A stretch of DNA of 61,876 nucleotides, filler included, from Sphacelaria rigidula (GCA_964200075.2; 5 parts of 5 records of this genome joined end to end with filler, not necessarily neighbours in it), one strand, 5' to 3'; counted from the first letter of the whole stretch, positions 12,298-24,793 are shown. A program made the numbers and translations. Notes: generated from the letters alone by a model not told the origin.

Positions 12298-12397
12298 NNN
12301 NNNNNNNNNNNNNNNNNNNNNNNNNNNNNNNNNNNNNNNNNTTAATTAATTAANNNNNNNNNNNNNNNNNNNNNNNNNNNNNNNNNNNNNNNNNNNN
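12298..12397. other. Assembly gap linker (44N-TTAATTAATTAA-44N)
   Basis: Fixed 100-nt N run with a six-frame stop spacer. Confidence 0.97.
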
Positions 12398-14386
12398 AAC
12401 ACACCACGGCGCTTAGCGCTTGGTGATTTAGTGCGAGCCTGGTCCGGCGAAAACCCGACGTGCCCCGTCCGGGCTTTGTAGGGATGCGAGGTCAATGGTC
12501 GATGACCATGGTACGCAAGATCATGAGTCCCCCCCCCCGCCCACTCCCCTGTGCTATACAGAGCTCGGTTGGCCAATTTCTGTAATGGTGTATTTCTCTG
12601 AATTTACTCGAGCGGCATTCTTCCTCAGCACTCGAACGTCCTAGCGCCGATTGATATGGAGGAATGGAGCAGATGGTGCGCAGGACACAATCTTCAAGTT
12701 GGTGTTGTGGGAGTGTGATGGAGTAAGGACCTCGTTCACCTGGGCGTGTCATCGACCGTCACTGGTTGAAACAACACAATTTCTCGGCTCTAGCGCAAAG
12801 ATTAGGTGGGAGATTAGAAAAAGAAATGGATTTGCTCACGAAAATGATCGGGATTGCTGCGATCGAGCAAATACAGCCCAACGGTCAAAACCTGGGGCTG
12901 GGTAGTCGCGGAACCGCCGAGGACCGGTCAGGCAGTATGTCGTTCATCGTTGAGTGCAGAGATAACTTGTGTCGGAACGTGAAGCGGGTGCCACCAGTGT
13001 TGCGCCAAAACACACACACACACACACACAACCAAAGTCGTTTTAATCACGTTTATGTAGTTGAGAAAACTGAACAGTTTTGTTTATACGGAGGTTGCGA
13101 AATTTGGTACATGTTGCTATGCTGGGCGACCTATGTGCAGACGCCAGCCAGTCCAGTAGAGCGACGAAGTTAGCCATGATCGGGTTTGCCTGCCTTAATG
13201 CCGCCAGCGTTGCTTGAAAGCCACAAGACCTTTGCGGTTGGCCGTTGATGGCGTGGGTGTCAGATGCAACGGCAAGTGGTTGATCATAGAGCACCCTTGT
13301 TCTTCGTGGGTTCATATCTCGCCCCAGGTGGTAATGCGTCACCTCGTCACATCGGAATTATTTCTTGACAGCTCCTGTACCGGGGTGTTCACACAGCCAG
13401 CGCGCGTGCTCTAGATTGCAGTATGGACGCACCCCACGCTCGCAACGGTTAGATCACTACCATAGATATATTTTTTCACTCCGCATGTCAGAAGGTCTCC
13501 ACAAGTGTTTGATGTCTCATACACCCCCCTCCCAACTGGCGTCTCGCACGCTCTTCTTGTCGTTGGGCACCCAGAGGGTCGCTCACATACATATCAGTTA
13601 AAATCAACGATGACTAACACCCCCAAGTTCAAATTGGATATATCTGTTGTTTTCGCCGCACCCCCGCCCTTGCTGGCATGTGTGTGACAGAGAACAGTAG
13701 TAGCGGTGACGGGAACATTGCCCTATTTTTCATGTTTTTCAGAGCACAGAGGCGCGTCCTGTCCAAAAAGAGAGGCAGAGGAAGATCCATCTTCGCATTA
13801 GCCACAGGAATAGAGAGACGAAATCTTTCCGCGGCTCGATGTTCTGGCACATGGTAAAATGGGCACATGCTAGTAACATCGATGATCACACGTGGACAGA
13901 TAGCACCCTGTGGAGTGGGTCTATAGGGTTTACGTACCCTGCGCAGTGTTTCTGGCGGGAATTTTACGGTACAATGTTTTCCAGCGTAGTGCAGGACGCT
14001 CTACAGGGTTTCTCTTTAGTAGTCATGAATACTTTGCATCACAGAGTTCCGTCGCCCCGTGAAGAGTCCATCGCTGCTGGCAATGCTGTGCAGTGTGCTT
14101 ACGCACAAACTCTACCCTTCACATGCAGTTGCGGGCAAGGTACTGGCGGGAAAAAAGGGCTGCGAAAGGTTGGACGTAGAACTGAACCCACGACTTCATC
14201 TTCACGTGCATGGTCGGATATCCACTGAGCTACAAATGATAGATGTTGAGAATGATTCGTATTCTTTGTACTTCTCAATTTTGGGGATTTTCAATTCTGG
14301 GGCCCTCGAAGGTCCGCGTCAACACTGAAATCGCCGTATTGTTTTTGAAGGCACAAGTGCAATGGAAATCTGAAATTTGGACAGGC

Positions 14387-14600
14387 TCTGCTGTTCGAAA
14401 TAAATCCTAGTTCCAAACTTGGAAAAGGGCAAAAAGGATTAATTTCGAAGAGTAGAGGCTGTACAGATATTCCCGTATACACTATATAGCAGATGGAATT
14501 TGTTCACCGGAAGCTGTTCGAAATAAATCCCCGTCTTGGCTTGCAATACTTGAAATTGGGCAAAGAAAGATCTTTTTTGCGAGCAGCTTCTGCTGTTCGA
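14387..14600. repeat. Palindromic dispersed repeat related to 60693-60843
   Basis: Hairpin ctctgctgttcgaaataaatcct / aggattaatttcgaagagtagag. Shares gaaattgggcaa and cgagcagcttctgctgt with the 60.7-kb palindrome. Confidence 0.55.
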
Positions 14601-15447
14601 GACCCACATATACCACACGCAAGCTTTAGTTGCAGCTGAGGTGATGTTGACAGAACGCAATATACCTCGGTTATGAATGCATATACCTGATGAAAAACCC
14701 GTAGTCCCGTGTCTACAGTACACGAAAACCGCGAAACATGTCATATCGCGGGGTTGATACTGCGTACTTTGCTGGGGATATATATATTCACGACAAAAAA
14801 CTGGACTGGACTGTACAAGACCATGCGGGACAGTGCGCTATACCGTGCTTATACGTGTGGTGCCATGTACTGCAGAATTAGTGCAGCGTATGTGCTACGT
14901 ATGGCTGGCTATATATACGATGTAGATGCGTGCAGCTTATTCCAATTTTCAAATTGGTTGTTGTCTCAGGCTATTCCAGATCCGGTATTGGATTTCTGTG
15001 ACAGAAGAACGAGCAGAACTTTTCGAGAACTTCTCAAAAAACACAGAACTTTTCAAGAACCGCTCAAAAGATGGCCCCATTAACTGGAGTACAGGGTGGT
15101 CACTCAGCACAAGACAATGCTGCAGTGGTATATGAAGTGCAGAGTAGTACGCTGACCACGAGATATAAAGCAGCTCTGCAGTGTGCGGAACCATTCACAG
15201 CAAAAAAAAAAACAGAATATGAAGACTCACCGCGAGGGCGGGTCACGTGCAAAAGTATGTGCTGGCCCTTTTGGGACGGAGTCTCGAAGACGATCAATGG
15301 GGCTGGTTGAAAAATATTTGTCTCGCGCTCAACATAACTGCTTGTCGATGGAACTCATCACTGGTCGTTGTGGTGGCATCACTTCTCCATACGTCGGACG
15401 AGTCATCACTCGTCGAGACGAGTGCACTCGTGGATGTTTTTCGAAAA

Positions 15448-16220
15448 CACAACGAGCATGACTCATGCGCTCGAGTCATTATTTTTTTTACAACGAGCAA
15501 TGACTCGTGTGCTCAAGCCATCACCTTTTTCCACAACGAGCAATGACTCGAGTGCTCGCCCTATTCATTTTTTGCACAACGAGCGATGACTCGAGTGCTC
15601 GCCCTATTCATTTTTTGCACAACGAGCTGACTCGAGAGCTCGCCCTATTCATTTTTCGGCCAACGAGCACCCCAACGAGTGCGAGTGCCACGAATGACAC
15701 TCGTGCTCGTCCGGCGTATGGAATATTTCGGTGATTACCTCACTTCCACTTCGGCCATGTGCTGTGGATTATTTGACGATCTCATCGCCTGGTATGTATG
15801 GAAATGTATTACACCCTAGACGAGAGCTTTCTACAGTCAGTACTCGTATACAATTTAGCATGTACTGTGCACAGTATGGAGGCTAATGCCTTCTGCGACG
15901 TGCACAGTACTCGTACAAAAGTGGGGACTGCGCGCAGTATGACTCCACGACAGTGTAGAAATCTCCACCCGGTATGAATTTTTACAGCCGGCTTGCGCCC
16001 CATAGCGGCTGTGCTACCATAGAGCTCCGCTCAAGACACAGGCAAGAATTATAGCGGCAGAGGCGGCCTATTACTCTTGCGTGTGCCACCTAGGGCGAAT
16101 GCACACTTAGCTGCAACACCGACCGCTGTACAGCAATGACTCGAGCGCTTACCCTATTCATTTTTTGCACAACGAGCTATGACTCGAGTGCTCGCCCTGT
16201 TCATTTTTCGGCCAACGAGT
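15448..16220 (+). repeat. 43-bp minisatellite (caacgagcaatgactcgagtgctcgccctattcattttttgca), interrupted at 15721-16131
   Basis: caacgag at 15534, 15577 etc.; about 5-6 copies before and about 2 after the insertion. Confidence 0.85.
15721..16131 (+). repeat. ~410-bp dispersed repeat, copy 1 (inverted copy at 19419-19822)
   Basis: gaatatttcggtgattacctcacttccacttcggccatgtgctgtgg...ttagctgcaacaccgaccgctgtac matches the reverse complement of 19419-19822. Confidence 0.85.
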
Positions 16221-17495
16221 GCGAGTGCCACGAGTGACACTCGTGCTCGTCCGACGTGTGCACTTCTCCGCGAGTGATGGGGGCACTTTTGATACGACCC
16301 TTGTCTTCACTTCCACCGCACGTTGGGCTTCAGCTTGGGCGAGGCCAGCGCGCCAGTCTGTCTGTTTTTCTGCACGGTTAGTGATCTCTAGCGGCTTTTT
16401 TTCCGGTAGGCATGATCAAACGCGATTGACCGCGGTGGGTGACTTGGGAAGATTTATGGGTGTTTCGGACTGCTGTTCTTGAGCCTGCCTGTAACAGGGC
16501 GACGTACACGGTACATCTTTCAATTTACTACAAAATTATCTTTTCTTCTTCGCACGTTCACACATTCACATATTTATGGCCTATGGATACTCGAGCGCGT
16601 CGGTGTACATGTGTATCTAATTGTCTCTCTTCGCACAACCCAATTAAACCTTGTGGCGACGTGCCCAAACGCCCGTAGCGTCTGTATGCCGCGCACGATC
16701 GAGCAAACAGACACACTCTTCGTGGCAGACCTTGTGTGTCGCGACAGTCTCTGCATTGTTGTCTTGCGTCGGGGAGTAAGGTCTCGGGTCGAGTGAACAC
16801 GTCTCCGGTCGTGAAGTGATGCCACCATAACGACCAGTGATGAGCCTCATCAACAAGAAGTTATACTTGAATTGGGGCACAGGTCTGCGCACAGGTGAAA
16901 ACTGCGGCAGTTCTGGAAGCAGCGTTAGCCCGAAAACTCTGTAGTGCTGCGGACAAGACCAACGAGGTAGCACAGCGCCGATACATCGCGCCACGAAGAC
17001 CGACACATGGACGCCCACATCCCACGCGCATTTTTCAAGCGCTAGCTCGTCTTCTACACTAGACAGCCTTTGTTTGAAGGAACGCCGTCCAGTATTTCTT
17101 TAAAGGCGGTGGCGTGCGTTTCAAATAGCAACCGAAAACGTAGTGTTGCTGACTATTTCGGTATACAACAACTATAGCATGTTTTCACCCTTCACGCAGT
17201 AGCCTGAGCTACTGGCAGAAACGATGCTGCTGATACTGCTGCTGTTGCTTCTTCTCGTGCGGAAGGTGGTCCGCGTTTCGACTGGCGACAATACCCATAC
17301 CCCCTTGCGCGTGATTGCCGCCCTCCTTGAAGTCGCTGGTCTGTTGGCGTGCTGTTTTACCGGTTCTGTATCACTTGTTTCCCACCCTAGCATACTCGAT
17401 TAGAACGGTGCGTAATTGCTCGTGATGATGAAGTTGTGAACCGTCACTTCACTATCACTATCACGAAATGATACTCATTCTCCTTGTTTCGTTAA

Positions 17496-17753
17496 CCCTT
17501 AGACCGCAAGGGTAGTCCACCAGGATCATGTATACTTTTTTCATGTGGAATTGATGCCAATTCAACAGATGACCTACTCTCACCGTCCAAGGGTTAACCC
17601 TTAGACCGCAAGATTAGTCTTCTGTTGAATCAGCATCAATTTCAAGTAAAGAAAAAGTATGCATGATCCAGAAAGACTAACCTCTCTAGCATACTTTTTT
17701 TTCACTTGAAATTGATGCCGATTTAACCGAAGACTAACCTCGCGGTCTAAGGG
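17496..17753. mobile_element. Two adjacent piggyBac-like MITEs (17496-17593 and 17598-17753) sharing a central TTAA
   Basis: TTAA|CCCTTAGACCGC...GTCCAAGGG|TTAA|CCCTTAGACCGC...GCGGTCTAAGGG. CCC/GGG termini with TTAA target sites are the piggyBac signature. The second copy is a near-complete palindrome. Confidence 0.8.
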
Positions 17754-19418
17754 CTGAAACACGACCTCGTAACCCATTTTGATCATTCCTAATTACCCAT
17801 AGATTATATAAGCAACACGCAGGTGTTTGAGCATCTTCGGTAGACTGTGCATGTCTGTCTGTTCAGTACTGCCTGAGTGTCGTACTAGCTCCACACCTCC
17901 ATCTGGTTTCAAACTTCATGGCGCAAGACGCGAGCGGCGGCCACGAATACTCGACGCACGTAGATGTAGACAAGTACTCCGACGGTGAGGCGACCGCGTT
18001 CGTGGCGGTAGTCATGGTGCGATATCCAAACGCATGCTGCGTACAGTCGGCACGTTGAACACTGTAAGATCTAGTACGCCACAGACCGCACGTGCAGCCG
18101 CGGCACGATACACTACAGACTGCACAGCAAAAATATGAGGCGTAATAATCAGGTGGTCGACAACCACACCACCGCCTGTGTTATGACGCAACTATGTACC
18201 TGTTACGCACTCCCGGTCCCTTCCGCCGTAGAGTAGGCATTTTGAGTTGTGACAGAGGAATGATTCTGAACCCCAAAAAGTGTAGTGTCTACCTCAGTAT
18301 TACCAGCGGGGGAGGTCGCTGTCTAAGGTTTAAAGTGGATTGTGAAAATTGGGAATCCCCTTCGTGAAAAAGAGCCTTAACAGCTCTAGCACTCTCTCTC
18401 CTTCACGCCGGCGGCTCAGATGCCGCCAAAGACGGCGAGTCCCATCGCTCTTCATTGAAGGCGCCTGTCTCTTCTGCCCCTTTTCCATTACATTTACGAT
18501 GTTAAAAAGGATAGAAAAGTTGGAACCGCAGTCCGAAGCAGAGCGATCTATTTTGATATATGGGGGTGTTACATACCGTTAGGAACTCCAGTATTACACG
18601 GGCGTCCTCACAGCATATACGCACAGCTGCTGCAGCACAGTAAGTAGGGCGTGAAAGGGAAGGGGGAAAATACAGTACAGACAGCGCAGGACAATGTACA
18701 TATATGTTCTCTACCTACAGTGCGACGCAAAAAGGACTTGAACAACGTGCAGCAGTGTACGCGGCCTGCATTATGTTACTGCTGCTGTCCATGCATATGG
18801 TGAGTGTGTCATAGGCCCGGGTGCCGCGGAACCCCCGAATGCTGTCCGTGAAAAACTCGGAGCGAAATCGGTCTAGATTGTATGTTTTCGCGTTTTTGCG
18901 TTTCGGGTCATTTTTGGTACCTTTCTCAGGCAAAATACGAGAAGGTACGAGGTTCCCCTTCGGGAGGTTGAAACTGGCCTCCCGGGGGTGACGCAAGTCA
19001 AAAATATACCAGTGTTATTCCGTGTTCATATTCTGAAGGCAATTGTGTGGGAGAATATGTACCTTCCAGTAGATACTCGTACTGTCACATTTTGCAGTTT
19101 CGAGTGTCTCAAACCAAGAGTGGCGGGAAGAGCGGTGGACACTTGCAACATTAAGAGCTCGCTTCACAGGCGGTGTGCGGAGGTGGAAAAAACACCATCA
19201 CGCACGGGACGCGTCACAGCACACATCGCAAGTGACTGCTACTGAAATAAGGTCGCGTCCCGGTAGTACACGGCGAACTTGTGAAGGGTTCTCTAAATGC
19301 CGGCCCAACCCCGCGCCCACGGATTTCAAACCACACTTGTATACAGTACAGTATTAATGTACAATATTGCTTGCTGTCTGTGTGTATGTGGTGTACAACC
19401 CCTCGCTCTGCCACATCT

Positions 19419-19822
19419 AGTACAGCGGTCGGTGTTGCAGCTATGTGTGCATTTGCCCTAGGTGGCGCACGCAAGAGTAATAGGCCGCCTCTGCCGCTAT
19501 AATTCCTGCCTGTATCTCGAGCGGATGGTAACACAGCCGCTATGACGCGCAAGCCGGCTGTAACAATTCATACCGCGTGGAGATCTCTACACTGTCTTGA
19601 AGTCATACTGCGCGCAATTCCCACTCTTGTACGAGTATTGTGCACATCGCGGAAGGCAATAGCCTCTATACTGTGCACAGTACATGTTTTTTAATTGTAT
19701 ACTGACTGCAGAACGCTCTTGTCTAGGCATTTCCATACATATCAGGCGGTGAGATCGTGAAATAATCAAATAATCCACAGCACATGGCCGAAGTGGAAGT
19801 GAGGCAATTACCGAAATATTCG
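19419..19822 (-). repeat. ~410-bp dispersed repeat, copy 2 (inverted relative to 15721-16131)
   Basis: Reverse-complement similarity to 15721-16131 at both ends and internally. Confidence 0.85.
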
Positions 19823-21422
19823 CGTGCAAAGCCTGTGCGGTCGTACTCTAAGTTGTCAACGCTAGAAGAACACCATTGCAACGGCCATTCCGGCTGCCGG
19901 CCTGCGCATGGCCGTCCCGGTAGTGTTGGGACTGTCTGTACCGGGATGTCGCCCCCAGTGCCAGGTACGCCGGCAAGGGTCCGCATCACTACCCACTGGT
20001 CGCGCGACAGGAGCTCAATCTTCGACTGTCGAGATTTTTCAAGCGGAAATGTTCAGCTCCCAACCCTCACATATATAGCGGACCATAAACGATGCTTATT
20101 CGCTGGGTTATGGAGCATTCGTCCATAACTGGGCGAAGATTGATGATGAGGCCGGCAGGACCCGTCGCAGCCTGCGTGATCAACTATTACTCTTACCACT
20201 CTATCTAGCCGTCATCAGACGGCAGGGTGTTGAAAAATCAAAATGCCACGCACCGTGGGTATCCACCGTATCAATGCACACCGGGCCATCAGCGACTTCC
20301 CCTGCGGCAGCTGTGACTGTGACCCCTTCCTCTAATACCAATCTACACATTCTTCAGTGTTCTTGACAATGCCTTTTTTGTGGATTGTTACGTTCGCATC
20401 ATTGAGGCACAGATTACGCAGATATGACCGTATTATGGGTTTTACGTCAAAACTAAATGATAAGGGGATCTCAGATCATTCGACTTATGTTTGCTGCTGA
20501 CTAAGTCAAGGCAATGTCCAGCTGTTTACAACTGCTTTGCTCTCATGTTCTCGTGACATGCGCTGCATAACCACTGTCTTCGTGCTCCCAAATCATCGAG
20601 AACGCAAAGAAAAACACGGTGAAAAAACACCCCGCCATGAGCGAGCTTTTGTGGCTCTTGTTTGAAGTTTTCGACGATCTTGGGAAAACTTTTGTGATTC
20701 GGGATCGACTCCCCGCAAAAAAGAGCCAGTGTGGGCGACTCTCGATGGCAAGAATACGCGCCACAGGTATCAGATGACACCCAAACCTGAACTGTAATGT
20801 ACCGCTGACCCTCCTTCGTGCACTGCAGAAGAAAGCATGGGCTAAGATGCCTTGCAGCCAGAGAACACTCGGCAAAAGTGGTGAAAATGCGAAATGATAC
20901 ATGTACATATACCTTGTCTAGGCCATTACCCTTTTGAAAATATGCTATCGCATCACAAATGTAAGGCCACGGGCGTTCATCCGTTTTGGCGAAGACCATC
21001 TTGATGGGGACTAATTATTTTTCGATGTCAAAACTGATTCCTGGCCATATATACCGGTGTTTCTCGGCTGAACAGTTAAAAACGCGTAGGCTCGTCAGGT
21101 TGCCCCCCGTTGTTTCCCGGGGGCTCCTTAGGCACTTCTCTGTTTTTTCAGGGTCCCCTATTGATTTTTGCCGCAAATAATCACTTTTCTCGGGAAGGTC
21201 TTCTTCGTCAAAACTTGTGCGAGAAAATATGGCTTTTGTCAAGATTTTTGGTGATTTTAGACTGAAAATTAGTCCTCATTACTGACAAAATGGAAACACA
21301 GTAGTGTGATGGCCATCTGCAAGCACGTACACCCCCAACCGAATACGCCACGCCCTTCAACTGTTGAGCGGCAAATAGTTGTATGTGTTGTTTCAATGCG
21401 TGTACTGTTGATTCTTGCTGTC

Positions 21423-21787
21423 AACACGGGATCTTATAAATTGGAGATGGATCCCTTATTGGGGATGAGAAACCCGGAGAATAAACATCTTCGTATCCAC
21501 ACCAAATATTCGACAGATGGTTCCATTTCTTCACCTACCGATAGCTATTGACAACTGCTACACGCCATGGAAATTTGAATTTCAATCACCAAAATCTTGG
21601 GTTCCTAGGTGAAAAAACAATTCGGAACCATTTTTCACCTAGGACCCCAACGTTTCGGCCATCGAGATCCAAATTTGTTTGGCGTGTAGCAGTTGTCAAT
21701 AGCTATATTTAGGTGAAGAAATAGAACCATATTTCGAAGATTTTAATTCTCCGGGTTTCTCATCCCCAATTTGTAAGATCCCGTGTT
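21423..21787. mobile_element. Foldback/palindromic MITE (~365 bp)
   Basis: Arms pair almost end to end: aacacgggatcttataaattgg / ccaatttgtaagatcccgtgtt; ttggggatgagaaacccggagaat; tagctattgacaactgctacacgcca; cctaggtgaaaaa. Flanks tcttgctgtc / tgttgctggc may be a decayed TSD. Confidence 0.8.
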
Positions 21788-22913
21788 TGTTGCTGGCGCA
21801 GTCACGGCTGCTGTTTTGTACTATTGCAAAGTTGTGAGGCTATAATCCACTGGCTCCGGATGACCCACGAATAACAGTGCTGTACTGTGACGCGCGGCAT
21901 GTGCGCGACATGGTTTTTTTCTGTGTGGGTCAAGATCTTCCTGGAATTGGAAAACGAAGCAACTCGAGGAGTCATTCTTGCGAAATTTGGGTCGAGACAC
22001 GGCCTCGAAGAAAAAAGTATACGATACTCTGAACAGCGTTGTGGAGAACCCGGGAGGACGAATTTCGAATATCTTCCCTCCGCTTTGTACATGTGGCGCG
22101 CGAAGGCATGTACAATAAATGTACATGAGCGTTTCAACGGTCCTTCCTGTACTTGGGCTAGTGGTTGCTCTGCTTGTATGCAGCAACTGCTCTCTGTGCT
22201 TGCAGCACTCGGACAGTCAACAGGAGTGCAAAAGCGCAGAGGCAGCCCGCCATGATTTCTCATTTCCTGTTGTGACTGTCACGACGTTTTGTATATTACC
22301 ACAGTGGATCCGCTGGCACTGAGTTCTCGGCCGTAGAACACCCAGCGTCCCTCATTGCGGCCCACCTTTCTGGATGGACCGTGCAATAATTTCCCATGCT
22401 CTTCATGTAGATTATGTTGTTGTCAGTCGTGCAGAAACCATTGCACCTCCCCCCCCCCCCTCCCTCTCTTTCTAAAGTACATGATGCTGTGAACTCACCC
22501 GGAATACTGCTTGTACCTCCTTGTTACGGCAACCAGTACGTGCAGGAATATTGTAACGACGCAGAGTGGGAATCACTCTCTTTCAAGAAGGGGTTGATGG
22601 GAGTCATGGTGTGGCTCGTGCTAGATTCCTATGGTTCACATGGGTTGCTGCATTTTTTTATCCTAACCCCCCACCCCAACCTTTGTCGTCGGGCTGTCGA
22701 TTATACCGTTCGCAACGTGAAATTCCGCAGATTTGCAGCAGCTCGAGTTGGCCAATTAGGAATTGAAGCCAGGGGATTGAAGTGTTTGGTTGCCACGTAC
22801 TGCACAGCAAGACCAAACGCTGTAGTTCAGCAGCAGTCATTACACGCCACCAACCATATACAGCCAAGCGTTCTCAACCAAATCCTTTCCCAGCAACAAT
22901 CACCTATACTGAA

Positions 22914-22973
22914 ATGAAGCGCGATAGAGAGGGAGCAGAGGCGCCGCCCCTCGCTCTTCCTCCTCCTCCTCCT

Positions 22974-23005
<32 letters not shown>

Positions 23006-24425
23006 GCCACCGCCGCGAGCACCAATCACCGTCCATTCAACGATGGGTGCATCAAGAAATGGCAGCAGCAGCGTCGGGTCGATATCGTCATCACTCACTG
23101 CGACGAGTAGTGTTGGGACATCGAGACCCAATAACATCAATAGCAACGGCAGTAGGTTTGTCGCAGGCGTTGCACCGCCGAAGAGAGCAAAAGTGGGAGT
23201 CATGGGAGGACACGGAGAGAGAGAAAGTAGCGTGTTGGGGAGAGGGTACGGGCAAAGCTCCTCCACCGTTGGGACATCACAGCGGTCGTCCCATGCACCT
23301 CTAAATATTTCTACAGGCAGTACCACCTCCTCCTCGTCGTCGCCGTCTTCATGTGCTTCATCAAAAGTAAAGAGGTCCAAGTTCACCGCTATGGATGAGC
23401 CGGAAGGTTGGCGGACGGTAGCCGAGGAAGTCATTCGCGCGGCGGCGGCCTCGAGAGACGAAGAGCAGGAAATAGTGCCAGCCCCCGCAATTTCAAGAGG
23501 TGGCGACGCGGCGGCAGCAGCGGGTAGGCAGCGGAGGGTCGCCGAAGGCAATAGACTGCCGATGCCCACATCCCGCCGTATGTTTGCCGTCGTTTGTTCT
23601 GCCAACTTCAACCGTAGTATGATGGCACACAAGCTTTTGCGCGAGCATCGCTTCCGCGTGGAATCTTACGGGACCGGCAGGTGATCGAAGTGGTGGTGTA
23701 GGGGAGGGAGACGGGAGAACATGGTGCGTAAGCCGGAGTTTTTGAGCTGCGCGTGCATGGGGCTTATGTTGTCACGTTTGCTTCTACCATGTGTCGCTGT
23801 GGTCGTCGTCTGGTGGTCAGTTTGTTGGTCACGTGGCCGTTTCTAATATCGCAATGTGAACGCTGGGTTGTATCATGTGGTTTGTGGTTGTAGCGCCTAG
23901 AGTGATCAGCACCAATCGGTGTACATTGTAAGATGCAACAAGTTGTCCAGCCTGGTCTAAAAAGTTCTACCCACCCACGTTTCTCGTGTAAGTTGGTCAA
24001 CCTCTCGATGACTCATTTCTCGCGGGTGCCGTCGATTACCTTTGTATTGTGGGCACAAGATACATAAAACACCACTCCCCGTTCACCTCTTCTGCCCCCC
24101 CTGCTCCTCTCCTCTCCTGCCACCGCCCCTTGCTCTCTCCCCGCAACGTGCTTCCCGACCCAACGTAGGGACGTGAGGCTTCCCGGCAAAGAGCAGAACA
24201 CCCCGGAGATATTCTCGTTCGGGACCCGGTACATCGACATCTACGACGCGCTCAAGGGCAAAGATGAGGACTTGTTCCGGAAGAACAACCTCCTTGGCCT
24301 CGTGTCGCGCAACGCCTCGATTAAGCCGGCTCCCCAGCGGTTTCAGGATATCGGGGGCGTAAAAATGGCAGGTTTCGACGTGGTGCTTTGCTTCGACAGC
24401 AGGGTCTTTTACTTGGTCGTGGAAG
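22914..24425 (+). CDS. SSU72: Ssu72 RNA polymerase II CTD phosphatase, partial; exons 22914-23680 and 24169-24425, final exon not seen
   Basis: FAVVCSANFNRSMMAH (CX5R active-site loop), VESYGTG|RDVRLPG, FGTRYIDIYDAL, RNASIKPAPQRFQD and FDVVLCFDSRVFYLVVE match Ssu72 conserved blocks. A phase-2 GT-AG intron joins them in frame, and there is a donor GT at 24426. Confidence 0.93.
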
Positions 24426-24693
24426 GTACTGCTTTGTTGAAAAAATCCTGGCCAGACCTCCGCTATGTTTCACACCGGGGGGCGCGGCAGGGTGCATTGG
24501 CATCGTCTTAAAAAAAGACGATCGCTTTGCTGACCCCTCGAGCGCTGCGCGAGCAACCGCGATTTGAACGCTGTCCAGCGCGCCGTCGCAAGTCGCCCCC
24601 CCCCCCCCCCCCCCCCCCCCCCCGCCCGTCGCCGTCCCCCCCGCCCCCAGGCGCGGCACTCCGCTTGTCTGCTCTCTCTGTTTTCCTTTCATC

Positions 24694-24793
24694 NNNNNNN
24701 NNNNNNNNNNNNNNNNNNNNNNNNNNNNNNNNNNNNNTTAATTAATTAANNNNNNNNNNNNNNNNNNNNNNNNNNNNNNNNNNNNNNNNNNNN
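24694..24793. other. Assembly gap linker (44N-TTAATTAATTAA-44N)
   Basis: Fixed 100-nt N run with a six-frame stop spacer. Confidence 0.97.

Larger units (their letters stand above)
15330..16870. mobile_element. Non-autonomous TIR element (~1.5 kb) with ~55-bp inverted ends, an internal 43-bp minisatellite and a nested insertion
   Basis: ataactgcttgtcgatggaactcatcactggtcgttgtggtggcatcacttc (15334-15385) is the near reverse complement of 16813-16864. Confidence 0.6.

Noticed and set aside
12342..12353. Repeated TTAATTAATTAA motif (four occurrences)
   Set aside because: It is always centred in exactly 44+44 Ns, so it is an artificial scaffolding linker.
20526..20999. 157-aa minus-strand ORF
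   Set aside because: No recognisable domain, splice pattern or coding-like composition.
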